Assembly (NCBI GenBank): GCA_963779755.1
Contig: CAVZZO010000003.1
Coordinates: 192,001-256,000, forward strand
From: an uncultured Gemmatimonadales bacterium
GTDB lineage: Bacteria > Gemmatimonadota > Gemmatimonadetes > Gemmatimonadales > GWC2-71-9
Length of the DNA stretch: 64,000 nt
Direction: 5' to 3'
In this document: one piece after another, positions 50,053 to 59,709 of the stretch
Layout: each line of letters begins with the position of its first letter
Position numbering within the stretch: position 1 is the first letter of the stretch
Notes under the pieces: model-generated
What the model was told of the DNA's origin: nothing
What the model saw: only the letters and a program-made list of their open reading frames with translations
The model's database searches: none
Program-made: the position numbers and the translations under genes

Positions 50053-50741
50053 GCACCCCCCTGCCGCACGACGACCTGCAGGGTATACCGGCCGTCGAGC
50101 TCGCTCCACGCGCGGCCCTGCCGCGCCAGGTCTTCCGCCACCGCCATCACCGCGTCGATTGCCTCCGCCGTTGCATCCGCCCGCAACCAGACCCGCTTGC
50201 CCTCAACCGCCAGCAAAACGTCCTGTCCCGACCGGCTCGCCGTGGAGATCCGGCCGAAGAGGCCCGGGTCGACCTGCCGGATACGATCCAGCAGCGCCGC
50301 CGCCGCCGAATCGGGCCGGCTCACCACCGGCAGATCGGGCGTCGCAGCCGCCGGATCGTAGGCCAGCGTCCGGCCCTGCCCGTCCACCAGCAGCATCCCC
50401 CGTTTCCCCGGCGCCAGCGCCACGGGGCTCAGCTCGGTGATCGTCACCCGCAACGTCCCCGGCAGCCGCCGGCCCACCCGGGCGTCGAGCACGCCGGGGA
50501 TCGAGTCGAGCCGCGCCGCCAGCCCGCGCGGCCGGTCGAACACGCTGGCCCCGGCCGGCAGGTGGACGGCGGGGAGCAACTGCGCCGGCGTCAGGTAGCG
50601 CAGCCCCACGAACTCCACCCGGCGGACCCGGAAAAACGCCAGTCCGCGCAACAGCCGCGGCAGACCGAACCAGCCGGAGAGCACCAGCAGCAGGCCCCCC
50701 AGAATGAGCCAGCCGGGCCTGGTCAGGCGGCGCGCAACCAT
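50049..50741 (-). CDS. ftsQ: Cell division protein FtsQ/DivIB
   Basis: TM segment, POTRA-like FRVRRVEFVG...RRLPGTLRVTITE, ELDGRY; position between murC and ftsA. Confidence 0.88.
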   Translation of the reverse strand: MVARRLTRPGWLILGGLLLVLSGWFGLPRLLRGLAFFRVRRVEFVGLRYLTPAQLLPAVHLPAGASVFDRPRGLAARLDSIPGVLDARVGRRLPGTLRVTITELSPVALAPGKRGMLLVDGQGRTLAYDPAAATPDLPVVSRPDSAAAALLDRIRQVDPGLFGRISTASRSGQDVLLAVEGKRVWLRADATAEAIDAVMAVAEDLARQGRAWSELDGRYTLQVVVRQGGA

Positions 50742-52093
50742 GCCACCAGCTCGTGACCCACCCGGGTGATGTCGCCCGCGCCCAGGGTCAGGACCACGTC
50801 GCCCGGCCGGATCAGCTCCCGCACCCGGCTCAGCACCCGCGCGCGATCGGCCTCGAATTCCCCCCGGCCACCCGCCGCCCGGACGGCATCGGCCACCCGC
50901 CGGCCGCTGACGCCCGGCACCGGCGCTTCGCGCGCGCCGTAGATCTCGGTCACCAGCGCCAGATCGGCCGCGGCGAGCGCCTGCCCCATGGCCTCGCCCT
51001 GCGCCGCTGTGCGCGAGTACAGGTGGGGCTGAAAGACCGCCACCAGCCGCCGGTCGGGATAGGCCTGCCGCGCCGCCTCCAGCGTGGCCCGCAACTCGGA
51101 GGGGTGATGGGCATAGTCGTCCACGACCATCACTCCCTGCACTTCGCCCAGCCGCTCGAACCGGCGCCCCAACCCCTGGTACTCGGCCAACGCCGCCGCC
51201 GCCCGGCCCAGATCGCCCTCGCAAGCGGCCACCACGCCGAGCGCCGCCGTGGCGTTGCGCAGGTTGTGCAGGCCCGGCACCGCGAGCCGGAGCCGGAGCG
51301 TGCGGCCGTCGGGAAAGCGCAGCTCGGCCTCCGAGCCATGGCGATCCTGGCGTACCGGGCGCAAGACCAGGTCGGCATCGTGCTCGCCGAAATACCACGG
51401 CCGGGTCGATAGCCGGCCTCCCACTCTGCGTGCGCCCGCATCGTCGGCGCCCAGCAGGGCGCGGTCGGCCCGCCCGGCGAATTCGACGAAGGCATCTTCC
51501 AGCGCCTCGACCGATCCGTAACACTCCAGGTGATCGGCTTCGACGTTGTTCACCACCGCGACCGCGGGCGACAACGTGAGGAACGCCTGGTCATATTCAT
51601 CGGCTTCGACCACGAAGAGCCGGTCGCTGCCCGGGCGCGCGTTGCCGCCCCAGTCCTGCACCCGCCCACCGGCGAGCCCGGTCGGATCCAGCCCCGCCGC
51701 ATCCAGCGCCAGGGTGGTCATGACCGTGGTCGTGGACTTGCCATGGGTGCCGGCGATGCCCACGACCGTCCGCCCGGCCACCAGCTGCGCCAGCGCCTGC
51801 TTGCGCGGTATCACCGGGACGCCGGCCGCGCGGGCCGCCTGCAGTTCGGGATGATCGGACGGCACTGCCGCCGTCACTACCAGCGCGCGCGCACCGCCCA
51901 CGTGCCGGGCGTCGTGCCCTCGCGCCACCGAAACACCCAGGGCGGCAAGGTCGTCGGCGCCACCCGGCTCGAGGTCGCATCCGGTGACCGCCACCCCCCG
52001 GCGACACGCCAGAAGCGCCAGCGAGCTCATGCCGGCACCGCCGATGCCCATGAAATGGATCGGCTTGGATTCCGAGGGGTCGAAGAGGTCCAT
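50723..52093 (-). CDS. murC: UDP-N-acetylmuramate--L-alanine ligase
   Basis: GIGGAGMS, GTHGKSTT, EADEYD, DDYAHHP, FQPHLYSRT. Confidence 0.98.
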   Translation of the reverse strand: MDLFDPSESKPIHFMGIGGAGMSSLALLACRRGVAVTGCDLEPGGADDLAALGVSVARGHDARHVGGARALVVTAAVPSDHPELQAARAAGVPVIPRKQALAQLVAGRTVVGIAGTHGKSTTTVMTTLALDAAGLDPTGLAGGRVQDWGGNARPGSDRLFVVEADEYDQAFLTLSPAVAVVNNVEADHLECYGSVEALEDAFVEFAGRADRALLGADDAGARRVGGRLSTRPWYFGEHDADLVLRPVRQDRHGSEAELRFPDGRTLRLRLAVPGLHNLRNATAALGVVAACEGDLGRAAAALAEYQGLGRRFERLGEVQGVMVVDDYAHHPSELRATLEAARQAYPDRRLVAVFQPHLYSRTAAQGEAMGQALAAADLALVTEIYGAREAPVPGVSGRRVADAVRAAGGRGEFEADRARVLSRVRELIRPGDVVLTLGAGDITRVGHELVAWLRAA

Positions 52094-52104
52094 CTGGGTG
52101 GGCT

Positions 52105-52132
52105 AATTTAGCACCACTTTTGAAGTTGCGAA
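52105..52132 (-). promoter_or_regulatory. Putative internal sigma70-type promoter for murC-ftsQAZ
   Basis: TTCGCA-16nt-TAAATT with extended -10 TG, in an AT-rich spacer 11 nt before the murC ATG. Confidence 0.4.
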
Positions 52133-52144
52133 AGACGGTGAGAG

Positions 52145-53260
52145 TCAGCGCAGCGTCAAAAGATGCGACACTATTTGCCGGGCCGCGTCGGGGTGACCCC
52201 GCGAGCGCGCTCGCTCTGCCATGGCCTGGCGGCCGCCGGGATCGGCCAGCAGCCGGCCCAGCTCGGTGCCCAGCCGCACCGGCGAAAGCTCGGACTGCGG
52301 CAGTAGCACCGCGGCGCCGACCTCGGCCAGGGCACGCGCGTTGTGCGTCTGGTGGTCGGCAGCGGCGCTGGGCAGCGGAATGAGGATGCCCGGAAGACCC
52401 CAGGCGCACAGCTCGGCCAGCGTCATGGCGCCCGCCCGTCCCACGATGAGGTCCGCCACGGCGTAAGCGTCGGCGATAGGATCGAGAAATTCACACACCT
52501 GCACCGCCGGCGGCCGGTGGTAGCGGGCGAACAGTGGATAGGTGGCGCGGCCCGCCGCCCAGAGCAGCACGACGCCGTCGCCTCCCCCGGCATCCAGCCA
52601 GCCCGCCACGGCCTGGTTGATCGCCTGGCTACCCTGGCTGCCACCGGTCACCACCACTACCGGGGCGCCCGGTGGAATGCCGTAGCCTGCCAGCGCGGTG
52701 GTCCGGCGGGCCGGATCGGGAGGGACAATCGGGTTCCCGGTGTCCAGCACCTCAGTCGCGCGGCCCGGCCGGATACGGGTGCGCGCCTCCGGCAGCCCCA
52801 GATAGACCTGGCGCACCCGGCCGGACAGCCGGCGGGTGACGATCCCGGGATACGCGTTCTGCTCCTGAATGGCGCTGGGAATACCGCGCCGGGCAGCCAG
52901 CCAGACCACCGGACCGGCGGCGTAGCCACCCGTCCCGGCCACCACCAAGGGACGTTCCTGCGCCAGAACGCGGCGTGCAGCCAGGAGGAGCCGGGGCCCT
53001 GCCCTCAGCCAGCGCAGGTTCTTCCACCATTGCCGGCGGTAGATCGGCTCGGCGGGCAGGAGGTGATAGCGGAAATCGCGGGTGGGCAGAATTCGCGACT
53101 CAACGCCCCGCTCCGCCCCGACCAGCACCGGCTCGATTTCGGGATGCGAGCGGCGAATCTCCTCGGCGATCGCGAGCGCGGGCATGAGGTGGCCGCCGGT
53201 CCCGCCTCCGGCGATGAGCACGGTCGGCCGGCGTGGGGGCGCGGCGCCATCGCGTTCCAT
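52145..53260 (-). CDS. murG: Undecaprenyl-PP-MurNAc-pentapeptide GlcNAc transferase
   Basis: GGGTGGH, EQNAYPG, GGSQG, GRAGA, HQTHNA. Confidence 0.97.
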   Translation of the reverse strand: MERDGAAPPRRPTVLIAGGGTGGHLMPALAIAEEIRRSHPEIEPVLVGAERGVESRILPTRDFRYHLLPAEPIYRRQWWKNLRWLRAGPRLLLAARRVLAQERPLVVAGTGGYAAGPVVWLAARRGIPSAIQEQNAYPGIVTRRLSGRVRQVYLGLPEARTRIRPGRATEVLDTGNPIVPPDPARRTTALAGYGIPPGAPVVVVTGGSQGSQAINQAVAGWLDAGGGDGVVLLWAAGRATYPLFARYHRPPAVQVCEFLDPIADAYAVADLIVGRAGAMTLAELCAWGLPGILIPLPSAAADHQTHNARALAEVGAAVLLPQSELSPVRLGTELGRLLADPGGRQAMAERARSRGHPDAARQIVSHLLTLR

Positions 53261-53292
53261 CCTACCGTCCTGCCGTCCTGCCGTCCTGCCGT
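53261..53292. repeat. Tandem 8-mer array (CCTGCCGT)x4, single arm
   Basis: cctaccgt cctgccgt cctgccgt cctgccgt; covers the last ftsW codons and its stop. Confidence 0.85.
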
Positions 53293-54428
53293 CGTTTCGC
53301 CGGGCTCGGTTTCCCCCGCTGCCGCCCGATATTCATCAGAATCCCCGTGGCGCACATCGAAATGATCAGGCTGGACCGGCCGTGCGACATGAACGGGAGC
53401 GACAGCCCGGTGGTCGGCATGAGGCCGAGGTTGACCGCGAAGTGGAGCATGGCGGTGACCCCGATGGCCGCGGTCAGGCCCACGGCCAGGTACTGCCCGA
53501 AACTGTCCGAGGCCGTCCGCGCGATACGGAACCCCAGCCAGCAGAAAGTCACGAAGAGCGCGATCACCACCAGCGCCCCGAGGAAGCCCCATTCCTCGCC
53601 GATGGTGCTGAACAGGAAGTCCGAATACGCATAGGGCAGGTACCCCAGCTTCTGCTGCCCCTGACCAAACCCGACCCCCAGCAGCCTGCCCGACCCGAAG
53701 CCGATAATGGACTGTTGCAGCTGGTAGCCCGCGGGGGAGTTGGAAACCGAAGGATCGAGAAAGGCGGTGAGGCGCCGGATCCGGTATTCGACATCGTGAA
53801 TGCGGTTGGCGATGATGAGCACCGCCGCCAGGCCGATGAGCAGGAAGTGGCCGATCTTCGCGCCGGCGGTGAACAGCACCAGGCATCCCAGCAGGGCGAT
53901 GAGCGTCGCCATCGAGAGGTTCGGCTCCAGCAGGATGAGCCCGGCCACAAATCCGATGACCAGCAGGAACGGCAGCACACCCTTCTTGAATTCGCGCACC
54001 TGCTCGCCCTTCTTCGCCGCCAGCATGGCGCACCAGATCACGATGGTGAGCCGGGCGGCCTCGGAGGGTTGGATGCTCAGCGGCCCCAGGCGTACCCAGC
54101 GGCGGGCCCCGTTCAGCGTGGGCGCGATGCTGTGGGTGAAGGGCAGCAGCGGAATGATCAGCAGGACGATGGTCCCCAGCAGCAGAGGCCAGGCCAGCGG
54201 CCGCCATATCCGATAGTCGATCCGGGACAGCACGATGAACCCGAGGCCCCCGATCAGGGCGCCGCTGATCTGGTCGAAGGCAAAGCGCGACCCGCTGGGC
54301 AGCAGGCTCGCGGCCCCCCAGGACGAGGCGATGCCGAAGACGATCAGGGTCGCGGTGACGACAGCCAGAAGGCGGGTTTCCCAGCGCAGTTCGCCGGGGT
54401 GCCGGATGGAATTCACGGAAACGCTCAT
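53262..54428 (-). CDS. ftsW: Peptidoglycan polymerase FtsW (SEDS)
   Basis: GARRW, QPSE, GYQ, SDFLFSTIGEEWG, LPFMSHGRSS. Confidence 0.96.
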   Translation of the reverse strand: MSVSVNSIRHPGELRWETRLLAVVTATLIVFGIASSWGAASLLPSGSRFAFDQISGALIGGLGFIVLSRIDYRIWRPLAWPLLLGTIVLLIIPLLPFTHSIAPTLNGARRWVRLGPLSIQPSEAARLTIVIWCAMLAAKKGEQVREFKKGVLPFLLVIGFVAGLILLEPNLSMATLIALLGCLVLFTAGAKIGHFLLIGLAAVLIIANRIHDVEYRIRRLTAFLDPSVSNSPAGYQLQQSIIGFGSGRLLGVGFGQGQQKLGYLPYAYSDFLFSTIGEEWGFLGALVVIALFVTFCWLGFRIARTASDSFGQYLAVGLTAAIGVTAMLHFAVNLGLMPTTGLSLPFMSHGRSSLIISMCATGILMNIGRQRGKPSPAKRRQDGRTAGR

Positions 54429-55774
54429 GAGCCGCCTGCCGCCGCGCGGAACTGCGCGCCGCGGTCCTCATAGTTCCGGAACATGTCGTAGCTGGAACAG
54501 GCGGGCGACAGGAGCACGGCGTCGCCCGGATGCGCGAGCCGCCGCGCCAGCGCCACCACGTCGGCGAAGCTCCCCGCCCGGTGCACCGGGACCAGATCGC
54601 GCAGATCGCGCTCGACCAGGTCGCCGGCCTCGCCATAGGCCACTATCGCCCGGCAGCGGCCGCCCATGGCCGCGGCCAGCCGGGTGTAGGGCTCGCCCTT
54701 GTGCCGCCCTCCCAGCAGCAGCACGAAGGGGCGTTCCAGCGCGGCCACGGCGACTTCGGTCGAAGCGACGTTGGTGGCCTTGGAATCGTTGATCCACAGC
54801 ACCCCGTCCACTTCGCCCACCGGCTCCAGCCGGTGCGGCAGCGCCTGGAAACTGCCGAGCGCCCGGGCGATCGCTTCCCGGCCCGCGCCGGCCGCCGCCG
54901 CCGCCAGGGCGGCAGCCAGCGCATTGGCCACGTTATGGTCCCCCAGCAACGCCAGGTCTCTCCGCGGGAGGAGATCGGTGCCGTCCAGTATCAGGACGCG
55001 CCGGTCGCGGTCGTACCAGCCGTCGGCCGGCCGGCGCACGGAAAACCGGCGGTGCCGCCCCGCCACATTTGCCGCCATGGCCTGTACGCCCGGATCGTCC
55101 GCATTGGTCACCCAGACCGAATCGGCCGTCGCATGCAGAAAGAGCCGCGATTTGTCGGCGTAGTAGGCCTGGAGGTCGGGATAGCGGTCCAGATGGTCCG
55201 GCGCCAGGTTGGTGAGGACTCCCACGGCGGGCGCGAAGATCAGGCTGTCGTGCAGCTGGAAGGAGGACACCTCCACCGCGAGCCAGTCATACGGCGGATC
55301 GGCCAGCGCCGCCTCGCAGACCGGGGTACCGATATTGCCGGCCGCCGTTGCCCGCCAGCCGGCGCCGGCGAGCAGGTGGGCGGTGAGCGCCGTGGTGGTG
55401 GTCTTCCCGTTGGTGCCGGTAAGCCCGATGCACCGGGTCGCCTGCAGCTGCTCGAAGCCGAGGTCCACCTCGGATCGCACCGGCACCCCCGCCTCCCGCG
55501 CGGCCGCGGCGGGGGGGGCATCGGGCGGGATCCCGGGAGACAGAATGAGGGCGGCCGAGCGAGCGATGCGCGCCAGATCGTGCCGGCCGGTCTCCACCTC
55601 CGCCCCCTCCTTCCGCAACGCCGCCGCGGAGGCCTCCAACTCGGGACCGCTCCCCGCATCGGAGGCGTAGACCGGAATACCCGCCCGCCGCAACAGCCGG
55701 GCTGCCGCCGTGCCGCTGCGGCCCAGCCCTGCCACGCTGACCTCCCGCCCGCCGCGGCGCCACTCGTCGATCAT
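54425..55774 (-). CDS. murD: UDP-MurNAc-L-Ala--D-glutamate ligase
   Basis: GLGRSG, GTNGKTTT, EVSSFQL, NDSKATN, LSPACSSYD. Confidence 0.98.
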   Translation of the reverse strand: MIDEWRRGGREVSVAGLGRSGTAAARLLRRAGIPVYASDAGSGPELEASAAALRKEGAEVETGRHDLARIARSAALILSPGIPPDAPPAAAAREAGVPVRSEVDLGFEQLQATRCIGLTGTNGKTTTTALTAHLLAGAGWRATAAGNIGTPVCEAALADPPYDWLAVEVSSFQLHDSLIFAPAVGVLTNLAPDHLDRYPDLQAYYADKSRLFLHATADSVWVTNADDPGVQAMAANVAGRHRRFSVRRPADGWYDRDRRVLILDGTDLLPRRDLALLGDHNVANALAAALAAAAAGAGREAIARALGSFQALPHRLEPVGEVDGVLWINDSKATNVASTEVAVAALERPFVLLLGGRHKGEPYTRLAAAMGGRCRAIVAYGEAGDLVERDLRDLVPVHRAGSFADVVALARRLAHPGDAVLLSPACSSYDMFRNYEDRGAQFRAAAGGS

Positions 55775-56898
55775 CGCAGCTTCAGCGTGGCGAACGCGAT
55801 CAGGGCGCAGAGGATGCCCAGGATATAGAAGCGGGTGACTACCGTGGACTCAGCCCACCCCAGCTTCTCGAAATGATGGTGCAGCGGTGCCATACGGAAG
55901 ACGCGGTGGGCGTCGGCGTACTCCCGGCCGCGGGTGCGTTTGAACCAGCGGTATACGCCCGTCTGCAGCAGCACCGAGATCGCTTCGGCCACGAACACGC
56001 CGCCGATCAGGACCAGCAGGAATTCGGCCTTCAGCAGGATGGCCACGGTGCCCAATCCCCCGCCGATGGCCAGGCTGCCGGTGTCGCCCATGAATACCTG
56101 GGCCGGATGGGCGTTGAACCAGAGAAACCCGAGTGTGGCGCCCATGAGCGCGGTGCAGAAGATGGCCAGCTCTCCGGCCCCCGGCAGATAGAACAGGTAG
56201 AGGTAGGAGGTGGCGTCCACCCGCCCCAGCACATAGGCGAAGAAGGCAAACGCCGCCGCGGCGATCGAGGTCAGGCCGGTAGCCAGGCCATCCAGCCCGT
56301 CGGTGAGATTCACCGCGTTGGTGCTGCCGGTGATCACCACCGTCACGAACACCACGTACAGCCAAGGCGCGAAGTTGACCACCAGGTACTTGAAGAACGG
56401 CAGCGTAGTGGCCGTTTCCGGGATCTGGTCCGGTGCCACCACCGGCTGGAAATAGAGCACCAGACCCAGCACGATACCGAAGCTGATCTGCCCCACCAGC
56501 TTCCACTTGGCCACCAGTCCGCGCGACTTCCCCTGGACGATTTTCAGGTAGTCATCCAGGAACCCGATGCAGCCCATCCAGAGAGTGGCCAGCAGCGCCA
56601 CCAGCACGAACCGGTTGTTCAACTGGGCCCAGAGCAGCGTCGGCACCACGGTGGCCAGCAGAATGATGACCCCGCCCATGGTGGGCGTGCCTCGCTTGCC
56701 CTGGTGGCTGGCCGGCCCTTCGGCCCGGATGACCTGCCCCACCTTGTGGCGCCGCAACACCCGGATGATCCACGGCCCTATGAAGAATGCCAGCATCAGC
56801 GCCGTGACCGTCGCGCCCGCGGCCCGGAAGCTGATGTAGTTGAAAAGATTGAAGAAGATCCAGTGCTTACCGAGGGGTGCGAGCAGATGGTAGAGCAT
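55771..56898 (-). CDS. mraY: Phospho-N-acetylmuramoyl-pentapeptide transferase
   Basis: GTPTMGG, GFLDD, NLTDGLDGL, FMGDTGS, MAPLHHHFE. Confidence 0.98.
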   Translation of the reverse strand: MLYHLLAPLGKHWIFFNLFNYISFRAAGATVTALMLAFFIGPWIIRVLRRHKVGQVIRAEGPASHQGKRGTPTMGGVIILLATVVPTLLWAQLNNRFVLVALLATLWMGCIGFLDDYLKIVQGKSRGLVAKWKLVGQISFGIVLGLVLYFQPVVAPDQIPETATTLPFFKYLVVNFAPWLYVVFVTVVITGSTNAVNLTDGLDGLATGLTSIAAAAFAFFAYVLGRVDATSYLYLFYLPGAGELAIFCTALMGATLGFLWFNAHPAQVFMGDTGSLAIGGGLGTVAILLKAEFLLVLIGGVFVAEAISVLLQTGVYRWFKRTRGREYADAHRVFRMAPLHHHFEKLGWAESTVVTRFYILGILCALIAFATLKLR

Positions 56899-56904
56899 CG
56901 CGCC

Positions 56905-58257
56905 TCAGGATGCGGAGTCGGCCGGAGTGACGAGATACTCCAAGATACGCTCCAGCGCCACGCCCCGCGATGCCTTGAGCACCACCAGTTCGTCGCCGGC
57001 AAGCCGCGGGGCGAGCGCGCGGCCCAGTGCGGGCACATCCGGTGCGGTGAGCAGGCGGTCGCCCAGCGCCGGCCGGGCGTCCTCCAGGGGCTCCACGAAC
57101 TCGCCGGTGGCCGCCAGCAGCTCCGGTTCGAGAGCGACCAGCTCGCGCGCCACCTCGGCGTGCAGCCGGGACGAATCGGCGCCCAGCTCGCGCATGGTGC
57201 CGGCCACAAAAACCAGCCGCCGCCCCGCGCGCATGGCCTGGGCCGTCCGCAGGACGGCCCGGAACGACTGCGGGTTGGCGTTGTAGCAGTCGTCCAGGAT
57301 GGTCAGGCCGCGCAGCGTCTTGAGCTGGCCCCTGCCGCCCGGCAGCACCAGCGACTCCAAAGCGCGGGCGCACGCGCCTCGATCGAGGCGGAGTTGGCGC
57401 GCCAGGGCCCAGGCCAGCATGGCGTTGGCGACCTGGTGCTCACCCCTGACCGGCAGCCGGAAGGACTCGCCGTCGATCCGGACCTCGGCCTGACCCAGCG
57501 GATCGATCCGCCAGCCGTCCGGAACGACGTCCGCGTCGCGCAACCCGGCGGTGATCACCCGGCCCGCCTCCACCCGGGCGCGGCGGGCCAGCTCGGGCGG
57601 GTCGGTGCCCACAATGGCGAGCGGTACGTCCCGGGCCAGACCCAGCTTCTCCCCCAGGATGGCCTCGAGCGAGCCGAACCCCTCCAGATGGCTGGCGGCG
57701 ACGGTCGTGATGATCGCAACCGTGGGCTCGATAATGTCCCGCGCCGTGGGAATCTCTCCCAGCTCGCTGGCCCCGGCTTCGATCACCAGGGCTTCGGTTC
57801 CGGCGGGCGCGGCCAGGATGGTCTGCGGAATGCCGACCAGGTTGTTCAGGTTGGCGCGGGTGGCGTGGGTGGCGAAGCGGGTCCGCAGCACCGCCGCCGC
57901 CATTTCCTTGGTACTGGTCTTCCCGTTGCTGCCGGTGACGGCGACGACCGGCCCGGTTATCTGCCGGCGGCGCGCGCGCCCCATCCGCCCGTAGGCGGCC
58001 AGAGGATCGTCCACCTCGATCAACTCGAGCCCGGCAACCGGCGCGGTGCCGCGCCGTACCACCGCAGCGCGGGCGCCGGCGTCGCGTGCCGGCACCAGAA
58101 AGTCGTGTCCGTCGAAGCTGGGTCCGGACAGTGCCACGAACAGCGCACCGGGCATCAGGTGACGGCTGTCGGTCGAGATTTCACTGAAGGCGCCTGCCCC
58201 ACCGGCGCCCCGCCGGGTCTCCAGGGCGGAGCGTACCCAGCCTTCAGGCCAGCTCAT
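56905..58257 (-). CDS. murF: UDP-MurNAc-tripeptide--D-Ala-D-Ala ligase
   Basis: TDSR, GSNGKTSTKEM, DDCYNANP, MRELG, KASRG. Confidence 0.97.
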   Translation of the reverse strand: MSWPEGWVRSALETRRGAGGAGAFSEISTDSRHLMPGALFVALSGPSFDGHDFLVPARDAGARAAVVRRGTAPVAGLELIEVDDPLAAYGRMGRARRRQITGPVVAVTGSNGKTSTKEMAAAVLRTRFATHATRANLNNLVGIPQTILAAPAGTEALVIEAGASELGEIPTARDIIEPTVAIITTVAASHLEGFGSLEAILGEKLGLARDVPLAIVGTDPPELARRARVEAGRVITAGLRDADVVPDGWRIDPLGQAEVRIDGESFRLPVRGEHQVANAMLAWALARQLRLDRGACARALESLVLPGGRGQLKTLRGLTILDDCYNANPQSFRAVLRTAQAMRAGRRLVFVAGTMRELGADSSRLHAEVARELVALEPELLAATGEFVEPLEDARPALGDRLLTAPDVPALGRALAPRLAGDELVVLKASRGVALERILEYLVTPADSAS

Positions 58258-59705
58258 CGGGAATCCACCCAGTTCCGGACGATGGCGCGCTCGTCGAAGG
58301 GGATCTTCTCCCGGCCCATGATCTGGTAGGTCTCGTGCCCCTTCCCCGCCAGCAGGATGGTGTCCTCCGGCTTCGCTTCGGCCAGCAGCCGCTCAATGGC
58401 TTCCCGGCGATCGTCGATCCGCCAGTAAGGGCGGCCCCCCATGCCCCGGATGATGTCGTCCATGATCTGGTCGAGCGATTCGGTCCGGGGATTGTCGGTC
58501 GTCAGGACTACCAGATCGGTCATCTCCACCGCGATCCTGCCCCGCTCCGGCCGGCTGGTGCGGTCGCGGTCGCCACCGCCGCCGAAGAGCAGCATGAGGC
58601 GGCCGCGGGTGACCGCACGGAGGGCGCCCAGAGCGCGGACGAACCCATCCGGGGTATGGGCGTAGTCGCGCAGCACCGCGCAGGGCGTGTCGGCCAGCAG
58701 TTCCATCCTGCCGGGAACTTGAGGCACCGAGCCCAGCCGCTCCGACACCCGCCCGGCGGGCTCGCCCAGGGCGAGCACTGCGGCCGCCGCCCCCAGCGCG
58801 TTGGCCACGTTGTAGTCGCCCAGCAGCGGGAAGCGCACCTCGGCGCCCCCCCAGGGCGAGACCAGCCGGAAGCGGCTGCCGGTGCTGGTGAGCACCAGGC
58901 CTTCGGGATACACGTCGGCCTCCGGCGTCAGCCCGAAGCGCACCCGGGACTTCCGCGGTGGCAGTCGGCGCCAGGCGGGGTCGTCCGCGTTCACCACCTG
59001 CACCCCGTCGAGCCCCAGCAGGGCATCCAGCCGGAGCTTGGCGGCCAGGTAGTGCTCCAGCGTGTGGTGATAATCCAGGTGCTCGTGTGTCAGATTGGTG
59101 AAGACGCCGGCGGCAAAGGTGAGATCGTCCAGCCGGCCCTGATCGAGCGCGTGGGAGGAAGTTTCCATCGCCACGTGCGTCGCCCCGCGCTGCCGCAGGG
59201 CAGCCAGCGTGGCCTGGAGGTCGACCGGCCCCGGCGTAGTGAGCGACCCGGCGGTGGACGGCACCCGCTCGCCCGCCCCGTCGTATGCCCCGAGCGTCCC
59301 GATGCTGCCGGCACACCCCTGGTGGTTCAGCAGGTGGCGGATGATGCTCACCGTGGTGGTCTTGCCGTTGGTGCCCGTGACGCCCACCAGGGTCAGGTGG
59401 TCGGCCGGCGCATCGTACCAGGTCCGGGCCGCGATACCCGCCGCCCGGCGGCCGCTTCGCACCACGGCCTGCGGCAGGTCTCCCGGCTGCGGCTCCTCCA
59501 CCAGCGCCGCGGCGGCGCCGCGGGCCGCCGCATCGGCCAGGTAGCGGTGGCCGTCGGCCTGGGTGCCGCGCACCGCCACGTAGAGCATGCCCGGTTCGAT
59601 CCGCCGGCTGTCGTCGCTCACGCCGCTGAGCCGGGGATTGGCCTCCGGCGCTCGTACCAGCTGGTCCCGGCGCTGCAGGGCCGCTACGATCTCGGAAAGG
59701 TGCAT
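58254..59705 (-). CDS. murE: UDP-MurNAc-dipeptide--meso-DAP ligase
   Basis: GTNGKTT, METSSH, DYAHTPD, DNPR (mDAP-type motif), GKGHE. Confidence 0.97.
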   Translation of the reverse strand: MHLSEIVAALQRRDQLVRAPEANPRLSGVSDDSRRIEPGMLYVAVRGTQADGHRYLADAAARGAAAALVEEPQPGDLPQAVVRSGRRAAGIAARTWYDAPADHLTLVGVTGTNGKTTTVSIIRHLLNHQGCAGSIGTLGAYDGAGERVPSTAGSLTTPGPVDLQATLAALRQRGATHVAMETSSHALDQGRLDDLTFAAGVFTNLTHEHLDYHHTLEHYLAAKLRLDALLGLDGVQVVNADDPAWRRLPPRKSRVRFGLTPEADVYPEGLVLTSTGSRFRLVSPWGGAEVRFPLLGDYNVANALGAAAAVLALGEPAGRVSERLGSVPQVPGRMELLADTPCAVLRDYAHTPDGFVRALGALRAVTRGRLMLLFGGGGDRDRTSRPERGRIAVEMTDLVVLTTDNPRTESLDQIMDDIIRGMGGRPYWRIDDRREAIERLLAEAKPEDTILLAGKGHETYQIMGREKIPFDERAIVRNWVDSR

Positions 59706-59709
59706 TGGC

